NCBI GenBank assembly: GCA_965208675.1
Contig: OZ242351.1
Span: 4,800,001 to 4,864,000 of the forward strand
From: Candidatus Poribacteria bacterium
GTDB lineage: Bacteria; Poribacteria; WGA-4E; PCPOR2b
Reading direction: 5' to 3'
DNA: 64,000 nucleotides
Both the position numbers and the translations under genes were made by a program. Each line of letters opens with the position of its first letter. Position 1 is the stretch's first letter. The notes beneath the pieces are model-generated. The model was not told the origin of the DNA. It made no database searches and saw nothing but the letters and a program-made list of their open reading frames with translations. Positions 57,036 to 64,000 of this stretch are shown in pieces.

Positions 57036-57782
57036 TTAACGCATTCGTTTGATTTTCCCCCAGGCTGTAGTCAGGGCGCCGATGGGTGAGACAGCAATCG
57101 GTTCTTCAAATAAGTCCAACACCTCGCTGTCAGTCATCGCACGATGATACCACCTGTGCTGGTCCATTATACCCACGAACGCGGCATGTCCAAGATTCCC
57201 GAGTCGCCAGTAGTCGTTTGTCTGGTCGAGCGAAGGAACTTCCAAATTCTCGGCAACGCGCACCCCGTTGTGGTACATTGCGGCGCCTGATGCCGTCGAA
57301 AAAGTCAAAGCCATATGGAGCCACTCGTTTAATTCGACCGGCGGTTGCTCTTTCGCATCTGTACCCCACCATCGCTTACCGGAACGCACCTCCAGTCGAC
57401 CCCGTCCATACTGGAGGTCGAGGTTGAACTGGTCGTGTTTATAGGTCACTCGATTTTCTCCTTCCGGATCGAGCGCGAATGGTTTCACCCAAACACTGAT
57501 GGTGAAGGCGTCTTTAGCAACCAATCCCTCATCCACCGCGGCGTCGGCGAACTGATCCGGGGCGGTGAATTCAATTCCTTTTCCGATTAGCCCCTCGCTC
57601 GTTCGCGAGGCGGTGCTAAGCTTACCGTCGAATCCATTCCCACTTGAATCAATTAGGACATCGCCATCTCCTTCAAATTCGTAAAAGAGGACGAGTCCGT
57701 CGTCTATGCCGGCGAAGCCAACCGAAGCGAGGGTGAAGAGCATCAAGGCAACGCCGAACCTAGAGTTCCCATTTCTCATCAT
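57036..57782 (-). CDS. Secreted LamG-like jellyroll domain protein (paralog 1, more divergent)
   Basis: GLVLFYEFEG, FTISVWVKP, WLHMALTF, FVGIMDQ; AVSPIGALTTAWGKIK. Confidence 0.85.
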   Translation of the reverse strand: MMRNGNSRFGVALMLFTLASVGFAGIDDGLVLFYEFEGDGDVLIDSSGNGFDGKLSTASRTSEGLIGKGIEFTAPDQFADAAVDEGLVAKDAFTISVWVKPFALDPEGENRVTYKHDQFNLDLQYGRGRLEVRSGKRWWGTDAKEQPPVELNEWLHMALTFSTASGAAMYHNGVRVAENLEVPSLDQTNDYWRLGNLGHAAFVGIMDQHRWYHRAMTDSEVLDLFEEPIAVSPIGALTTAWGKIKRMR

Positions 57783-57830
57783 TGTAATCTCCCCTTATCT
57801 GCCGGAAAAGTGAAACGGTTAAATTGGGGT

Positions 57831-57859
57831 ATTATATTGAACTGACCAGAAGGTGTCAA
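57831..57859 (-). promoter_or_regulatory. Sigma70-type promoter of the LamG cluster
   Basis: Perfect TTGACA-17 nt-TATAAT about 50 nt upstream of the first LamG gene. Confidence 0.85.
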
Positions 57860-58220
57860 GCGGTAAAGACACGATTTAGCAGTTATATCCCGATTGATAA
57901 ATGGCGTGAGTTTCAGTAATGAATCGAGACTATTTTATGGATTGCAGCAATGAACAAACAGCTTGCCGCGGAAATCAGAAGTCGAGAATGAATAAAAGGA
58001 TCCATCCAAATTGCAATGAAGCGAGAATGCTTTGCTTGCTTTCGCGCTCTATGATATCACGGAAATGTCTAGCCTGATTTCCAACTTGTTTTGTGCTAAT
58101 AATGGGAAATTCTTAAAAGGAAGGAGAGTTTGGGAAACCGCTGCGCCAAAAAATGTAGAAAATGACAGTGAAGCGCAAAAAGTCAAGAGCTAGATGAAAT
58201 TTACGCTCCACTTGTACGGG

Positions 58221-59462
58221 TTAAGCGCTTACGAATTTTTGAATTACGATGGACGTGTTGTGCCCGCCAAATCCAAAAGCGTTTGATATGGCAACCTGAA
58301 TTTCTGCAGTACGGCCTTGGTTGGGGACATAATCGAGATCGCATTCCGGATCCGGAGTCTCGTAATTTATCGTAGGAGGAATAAAGCCATTTTCGATGGC
58401 GCAAACACTGGCAATGAGCTCAATTGCACCGGCGGCGCCGAGTAAGTGCCCCGTCATTGATTTGGTCGAACTTACGGCAAGCTGATTAGCATGCGTACCG
58501 AAAAGCGTTTTAATGGCTAGTGTTTCAGCTACATCGCCTGCGGGCGTTGAGGTGCCGTGAGCATTAATATAGTCAACGCTCTTTGAGTCGATCTTGGAAT
58601 CTTGCAGCGCGAATTGCATCGCCTTAGCTGCACCTTCGCCGCCCTCTGAAGGATGCACCATGTCGCATGCGTCCGAACTCATTCCATAACCGACAATCTC
58701 TGCATAAATGGAAGCATTTCGCTTTAAGGCGTGGGAAAGGGACTCCAGCACCAAAATCCCCGCGCCTTCTCCCATTACGAATCCATCTCGGTCTTTATCA
58801 AATGGACGGCATGCACGCTGTAGTTCGTCGTTACGCGTCGACATCGCACGCATTGAACAAAATCCCGCAAAACTTAATGGCGTAATTGCGGCTTCGGTGC
58901 CGCCTGTGAACATCACATCGGCATCCCCACGTTGGATTATGCGGTAGGATTCCCCAATCGCGTTGTTCGCGGTCGCGCAAGCGGTAACTGAGGCGAAGTT
59001 TGGTCCCTTGAGGTTTAAATGGATTGAGACCTGCCCGGCAGCCATGTTGATAATCTCGTGAGGTACAAAGAACGGGCTTACCCGCTTGGGCCCCCTCTCT
59101 AGCAAGATTCGGTGGTTCTCTTCAATCACACTAAGACCGCCAATCCCGGACCCGACGCCAACACCAGCGCGGTATGGATTGACTTGAGACAGATCCAGCC
59201 CTGAATCCTGCTGTGCCATTATTGAAGCGACAAGTGCGTATTGAATAAACAGAGGGAGGCGAGATACGGCTTTCGGCGGTAGAAATGCCTCGGGTTCAAA
59301 TCCTTTGACTTCTCCAGCCACCTGTGTTCGAAAATCTGTCGGATCAAAGTACGTCACCCTGTCAATCCCGCTTTTACCGGACGCGATCGATTCCCAAAAT
59401 TCCGGAATGGAAGAGCCCACCGGGCTGATAACTCCCATGCCGGTAATAACAACTCGCTTCAC
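58221..59462 (-). CDS. fabF: Beta-ketoacyl-ACP synthase II
   Basis: [35 protein letters not shown]. Confidence 0.97.
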   Translation of the reverse strand: MKRVVITGMGVISPVGSSIPEFWESIASGKSGIDRVTYFDPTDFRTQVAGEVKGFEPEAFLPPKAVSRLPLFIQYALVASIMAQQDSGLDLSQVNPYRAGVGVGSGIGGLSVIEENHRILLERGPKRVSPFFVPHEIINMAAGQVSIHLNLKGPNFASVTACATANNAIGESYRIIQRGDADVMFTGGTEAAITPLSFAGFCSMRAMSTRNDELQRACRPFDKDRDGFVMGEGAGILVLESLSHALKRNASIYAEIVGYGMSSDACDMVHPSEGGEGAAKAMQFALQDSKIDSKSVDYINAHGTSTPAGDVAETLAIKTLFGTHANQLAVSSTKSMTGHLLGAAGAIELIASVCAIENGFIPPTINYETPDPECDLDYVPNQGRTAEIQVAISNAFGFGGHNTSIVIQKFVSA

Positions 59463-59520
59463 GAGATTTACCTCTAAATTATTGGTGTCTGCCGCAACTT
59501 GTTTCTGCTATGATTCGGAA

Positions 59521-59754
59521 CTAGACATGCGAATTCATGTAGTCAATTGCATCTTGTACGGTCCGAATCTTCTCGGCGTCACTGTCTGGAATTTCAATGT
59601 CGAATTCTTCCTCAAGTGCCATGATTAGTTCGACCGTGTCTAGTGAATCTGCACCTAAATCATCCATGAAAGAGGCATCAGCCGTTACCTGACCCTCATC
59701 AATTTGTAACTGGTTTGCAATTATCTTTATAAGCTGGTTATGATCGATTGCCAT
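59521..59754 (-). CDS. acpP: Acyl carrier protein
   Basis: [20 protein letters not shown]. Confidence 0.98.
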   Translation of the reverse strand: MAIDHNQLIKIIANQLQIDEGQVTADASFMDDLGADSLDTVELIMALEEEFDIEIPDSDAEKIRTVQDAIDYMNSHV

Positions 59755-59835
59755 CGAATTAAAGAACCTCCTATTTCACAAAGTTTAGATTTTGGGCGTT
59801 ACGAAAAATACGATACACAAACAACATTTGGTAAA

Positions 59836-60573
59836 TTACATCACCATCCCGCCGTCAACTTGGACGACTTGCCCGGTGATGTATTGAGCTTCATCAGATG
59901 CCAAAAATAAGGCGACTTGTGACACATCTTCAGGTAGGCCAAATCTGCCTATAGGAATCATCTCCAAAATTTTCTGTTGGTCTTGTTCCGCAAGATTTGC
60001 CGTCATTTCCGTTTGAATGAAACCGGGTGCAATTGCGTTCACAGTAATACCGCGCTTAGCGACTTCTCGCGCAATTGACTTGGTCAAACCGATTATACCG
60101 GCTTTGGATGCGGCATAATTCGCCTGTCCTGCATTTCCCATTAAGCCGATTACTGATGTAATATTGATAATTTTTCCGCTTTTTTGGCGCATCATTGAGC
60201 GGATAACGGCGCGCGTACAATAAGCAGTTCCTGTGAGATTTGTTTGCAGGACTGCATCCCAGTCTTCATCTCTCATGCGCATGAGTAAGGCATCCCGCGT
60301 GATTCCGGCGTTATTCACCAGAATATCGACACGCGAGAATGCTTTGAGCGTGGCATCTACAAGCCCTTCCACATCCGACTTCCGAGAAATATCCGCTTGT
60401 ATCGATTTGGTGTTCCACCCTTCACACGCTAATGCGTCAGCCGTAGCAGACGATGCGGCGGACCGAGAACAGAGCATCACGCTCGCACCTTCTTCACAGA
60501 ATTTTCGCGCAATGGCTTCACCAATCCCGCGGGATGCACCAGTTACAATTGCAACTTTACCTTTAAGTTTCAT
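59836..60573 (-). CDS. fabG: 3-oxoacyl-ACP reductase
   Basis: TGASRGIG, NNAGITRD, YAASK; start at MKLKGK. Confidence 0.97.
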   Translation of the reverse strand: MKLKGKVAIVTGASRGIGEAIARKFCEEGASVMLCSRSAASSATADALACEGWNTKSIQADISRKSDVEGLVDATLKAFSRVDILVNNAGITRDALLMRMRDEDWDAVLQTNLTGTAYCTRAVIRSMMRQKSGKIINITSVIGLMGNAGQANYAASKAGIIGLTKSIAREVAKRGITVNAIAPGFIQTEMTANLAEQDQQKILEMIPIGRFGLPEDVSQVALFLASDEAQYITGQVVQVDGGMVM

Positions 60574-60634
60574 TGAAAGATGTCCCAGAACGGCAGGCAC
60601 AGTTCAAAATCGGCGGTTGCCTTCTGTTATGGTT

Positions 60635-61570
60635 TCAGGGTTTGCCAATGGCATCAACTGTTTTTCCGAGGCTGTTGATGTCCTCAACATTCAAGCAAAC
60701 CGACTGGGGCAGTGTGCGGCGAACCATACCGGAAAGGACATTTCCGGGGCCAACTTCTACAAAATGAGATATCCCAGCGACTCCCATGGTTCGTATCGAT
60801 TTTTCCCATAGAACCGGACTCGTTACTTGGGCTATCAACAATTGGCGGATTTCATCCGGCGTTTGCACGCACTCCCCTGTGACATTGGCAACGAAACCAA
60901 TTTGCGGGTTGTCAAATGAGAATTCCGCAATGACAGATTCAAGTTGCGCCCTTGCGGATTCCATCAGAGATGAATGAAATGCTCCGCTTACTGCAAGCGG
61001 CCGACAACGCTTAGCGCCGTTTGCCTTCGCGGTTGAAATTAACCTTTGAACGGCGTCTGTTTCACCGGATACAACCAGTTGTCCGGGGCAGTTGTAATTC
61101 GCAATTTCTACGATGCCCACGGATTTAACTTCTTCGCAGAGCGTTTCTAACTGCTTTTCTTCAAGCCCCAAAACCGCTGCCATCATGCAATCTTGCTGCA
61201 GCGAGGCTTCAGCCATAAACCGCGCACGATATTCAATCAATTTAAGTGCGTCCGTAAAGCTGAACACGCCCGCAGCCACGAGCGCAGAGTGTTCTCCTAA
61301 ACTATGTCCTGCGACAATGGTTGATGCAATATTGAGTTGCCGCAGCACACGCAAAACGGCAACACTACACGTCAATATGGCTAATTGCGTATTCTCAGTC
61401 TGCCTCAGCAGTTCATCGGGGCCGTCAAAACAGAGTTGACTTAGACGCCGCCCCAAAAAAGAGTCTGCTTCATCAAAGGTATCGCGAGCAACAGTGTACG
61501 CTTGCGCGAACTCCAATCCCATTCCGACTTTTTGGGAACCCTGTCCGGGAAAAATAAATGCAACATCCAT
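60635..61570 (-). CDS. fabD: Malonyl-CoA:ACP transacylase
   Basis: FPGQGSQ, GHSLGE, SGAFHS. Confidence 0.97.
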   Translation of the reverse strand: MDVAFIFPGQGSQKVGMGLEFAQAYTVARDTFDEADSFLGRRLSQLCFDGPDELLRQTENTQLAILTCSVAVLRVLRQLNIASTIVAGHSLGEHSALVAAGVFSFTDALKLIEYRARFMAEASLQQDCMMAAVLGLEEKQLETLCEEVKSVGIVEIANYNCPGQLVVSGETDAVQRLISTAKANGAKRCRPLAVSGAFHSSLMESARAQLESVIAEFSFDNPQIGFVANVTGECVQTPDEIRQLLIAQVTSPVLWEKSIRTMGVAGISHFVEVGPGNVLSGMVRRTLPQSVCLNVEDINSLGKTVDAIGKP

Positions 61571-61660
61571 ATCACAGACAATTAATCCGCATTGGAGCCC
61601 ATAATTTTGAAGGCTTAAAACCGACCCTGGTTCATGTGCATATCAATTTGGTAAAGGGAA

Positions 61661-62650
61661 TCAAAGTTTAATCAAGGTACTTCCCCATGTCAGCCCTGCA
61701 CCAAATGTAACCATGAGAATCATGTCACCGAAGTTCACTCGCCTTTCACGAATCGCTTCGTCGAGCGCAACGATTGTGGTTGCGGCGGAAGTATTACCGT
61801 ATCTGTCAACATTGATGTACACTTTTTCACGCGGAATCCCCAACCGATCGCCGACGGCTTCAATGATTCGGATATTCGCTTGGTGTGGAATAAACAGATC
61901 GACCTCGTCAATTGTGATTCCTGCGAGAGTTAATGCTTTCAGGGCAGCTTCGGGCATAATTCGGACGCCAAGTTTGAATACTTCCCTGCCGCGCATTTTA
62001 ATAGTGTGGAGCTTTTGATTGACGGTCTCACATGTTGCCGGCATACGCGACCCTCCAGCCGGCACGCCCAGCAAATCTGTATCGGAGTAGTCTCCATCAG
62101 AGCCGCAGTAAGAGGCTAAAATACCTTTTTCCTCATCTGTTGCTTGTAAAATTGCTGCACCGGCGGCATCGCCAAACAACACGCAGGTGTTTCGATCTGT
62201 CCAATCAACAATTCTACTGAGAACTTCTCCTCCAATGACCAAAATCGTGTCATAACGCCCAGATTTAATCAGTCCGTCCGCAAGATCCAAACCGTAGACA
62301 AACCCTGCGCATGCCGCTGCTAAATCGAAGGCATACGCCTTTTTTGCACCAAGCCCCCGCTGTACATAGCACGCCGTAGAGGGGAACAGCGTATCAGATG
62401 TCACCGTGCCAACAATGATTAAATCAATGTCGAGCGGATCTATTTCAGCATGCTTAATAGCTCGACGAGCGGCTCGAAGGCATAAATCAGAGACCGCCAT
62501 ATCGGGTTCGGCGATATGGCGTTTGACGATACCAGTGCGTTGCCGAATCCATTCATCGTTGGTATCAACAATATTTTCTAGATTGACATTGGTCAGAACT
62601 TTTTCCGGGATGTACGAGCCTGTCCCAGTCATAGCCGCATATCGGACCAT
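61661..62650 (-). CDS. fabH: Beta-ketoacyl-ACP synthase III
   Basis: AACAGF, PHQANIRII, GNTSAA, FGAGLTWG. Confidence 0.97.
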   Translation of the reverse strand: MVRYAAMTGTGSYIPEKVLTNVNLENIVDTNDEWIRQRTGIVKRHIAEPDMAVSDLCLRAARRAIKHAEIDPLDIDLIIVGTVTSDTLFPSTACYVQRGLGAKKAYAFDLAAACAGFVYGLDLADGLIKSGRYDTILVIGGEVLSRIVDWTDRNTCVLFGDAAGAAILQATDEEKGILASYCGSDGDYSDTDLLGVPAGGSRMPATCETVNQKLHTIKMRGREVFKLGVRIMPEAALKALTLAGITIDEVDLFIPHQANIRIIEAVGDRLGIPREKVYINVDRYGNTSAATTIVALDEAIRERRVNFGDMILMVTFGAGLTWGSTLIKL

Positions 62651-62747
62651 TATAACAGAATCCCTTTTTCAATTGATAGTTCTATTTTCCATTGAAACTC
62701 ATCATTTGGAGCACATGAATTAATGTTTTATTGTTGAGTATACAGAG

Positions 62748-62933
62748 CTATATCTCTTCGACAGTTTTTAGAATTTTTCTGCCTCGGTAATACCCACAAC
62801 TTGGACAAACGCGGTGGGACAAAATTGCCACCGAACAGTTCGGGCATATTGCAAGGAATTTGTCGCGAAGTGCATGATGGCTTCTTCTCATTCGTTTTTT
62901 TGACTTTGATGTTCGACGTTTTGGATGTGCCAC
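62748..62933 (-). CDS. rpmF: 50S ribosomal protein L32
   Basis: AHPKRRTSK, CPNC...HRVCPSCGYYRG. Confidence 0.97.
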   Translation of the reverse strand: MAHPKRRTSKSKKRMRRSHHALRDKFLAICPNCSVAILSHRVCPSCGYYRGRKILKTVEEI

Positions 62934-63008
62934 TGTATTCTCCGATTTGTTAGAAAAATCAGAATTTCACCTCCTTACTGTTCTAGTATTATGCTTCTGA
63001 ATATTAGG

Positions 63009-63554
63009 CTATTTACCAACGGCGCGCTTTGAGTCGTTCAGAAGATTCCCCAATGCTGCAAATGGCGAGGCGACGCCGTCAGGGGTATTACAGCTACAAG
63101 GCACTGAATTTCGGTCTTCGCCGCAGTGTGGGCATAATCCTTCGCATGATTCTGAACATAGCGGCCAAATTGGAATTTCGAGCAAAAGGGTTTGACGCAC
63201 TTCATCAGATAAGTCAATGGATTCTCCTGAATAATACCGTTCGCCGACATCAAGAAGAAAGGGTTCGACGTGCTTGGATTTTTCCGCGGGATAAAATTGT
63301 AACTCAATCTTTGCCTCGACATCCGATCCAAACCTTTGGGTGCAGCGACGACACGCAGCCTCAATTGATGCCGCGATGTCGGCTTTAACATAAACGTCAT
63401 TCACACGGCGCGCCAATTGGATAATTCCGTTAATCGGCTGTACAAACTGTGCCTCTTCTACGGCCAAGCCAATTTCCGTTGGAGACACGGGAAGTTCGTG
63501 TACATCATAGGAGTTCTCATGAATATCCTTAACCCTGAATTCCAACGTTTTCAT
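63009..63554 (-). CDS. DUF177/YceD family protein
   Basis: CRRC, LCSESCEGLCPHCG, PFAAL; canonical position upstream of rpmF. Confidence 0.9.
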   Translation of the reverse strand: MKTLEFRVKDIHENSYDVHELPVSPTEIGLAVEEAQFVQPINGIIQLARRVNDVYVKADIAASIEAACRRCTQRFGSDVEAKIELQFYPAEKSKHVEPFLLDVGERYYSGESIDLSDEVRQTLLLEIPIWPLCSESCEGLCPHCGEDRNSVPCSCNTPDGVASPFAALGNLLNDSKRAVGK

Positions 63555-63999
63555 CGGAAGTATTCCCCAACTCAAACCTATCGTGGATTACACGCACAGC
63601 GTGTTCAGCCTCCCTGTCATCAATGACACAAGAGATTTTGATTTCCGATGTGCTAATCATCTGTATGTTGATGCCTTCGTCGGCAAGTGCGCGAAACATA
63701 CGCGCGGCAATACCGACATGGCTTTTCATCCCGATTCCGATTGCCGACACTTTGGCGATATTCTTATCTGTACTGATGTTTTGACATCCGATTTTGGCTT
63801 TAAGTATTTCAGCGATTTTCAGAGTTGCGTCTAAATCTTTTTTGGAAACCGTGAAGGATATATCGGTTGTACCTTCATGACTTATGTTCTGAATTATCAT
63901 ATCAATATTGATGTGTGAGTCGGCAATTTCTTGGAAAATACGCGCGGCAACGCCTGGGGTGTCCGGCACACCAAGCAATGAAACCTTGGCCTGGTCTTT
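63529..63999 (-). CDS. lysC: Aspartate kinase, C-terminal ACT domains (5' part outside the window)
   Basis: GVPDTPGVAARIF, INIDMIIQN, INIQMISTSEIKISC; frame open to the window edge. Confidence 0.9.
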   Translation of the reverse strand, partial: KDQAKVSLLGVPDTPGVAARIFQEIADSHINIDMIIQNISHEGTTDISFTVSKKDLDATLKIAEILKAKIGCQNISTDKNIAKVSAIGIGMKSHVGIAARMFRALADEGINIQMISTSEIKISCVIDDREAEHAVRVIHDRFELGNTSDENVGIQG

Positions 64000-64000
64000 G

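Overview
64-kb chromosomal window, most likely from Candidatus Poribacteria. The 16S contains sequences I recall as the Poribacteria-specific POR389f and POR1130r sites, and the window has LamG proteins ending in AVxPxxKLxxTWxxLK plus secreted proteins ending in an NPFNPETW FlgD-Ig-like domain. Contents in order: a 5'-truncated DUF4175-like gene; the str-S10-spc-alpha ribosomal superoperon on the minus strand (rpsL to rplQ, lacking rpmD and adk-map-infA); an accessory block (beta-clamp-like/TM/DUF4159-like fusion, J-domain-TPR protein, secreted metalloprotease-LVIVD protein, TauE, and a dppABC-type cluster interrupted by a protease-LRR-Ig gene carrying one in-frame TAG); Gfo/Idh/MocA and FAD/Fe-S oxidoreductases; a second J-domain gene; a full rrn operon on the plus strand (16S, tRNA-Ile, tRNA-Ala, 23S, 5S); folK; an amidohydrolase; a DUF6785-like membrane protein; four tandem LamG paralogs; the fab cluster without plsX; and the 3' part of aspartokinase. 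The two strongest observations are (1) a membrane protein whose N-terminus resembles one domain of the DNA sliding clamp, and (2) compensatory or co-located substitutions in near-universal ribosome centres (16S central pseudoknot with S12 G92N, 23S sarcin-ricin loop, H71/A-loop). All family assignments and E. coli numbering come from manual recognition; no searches were run.
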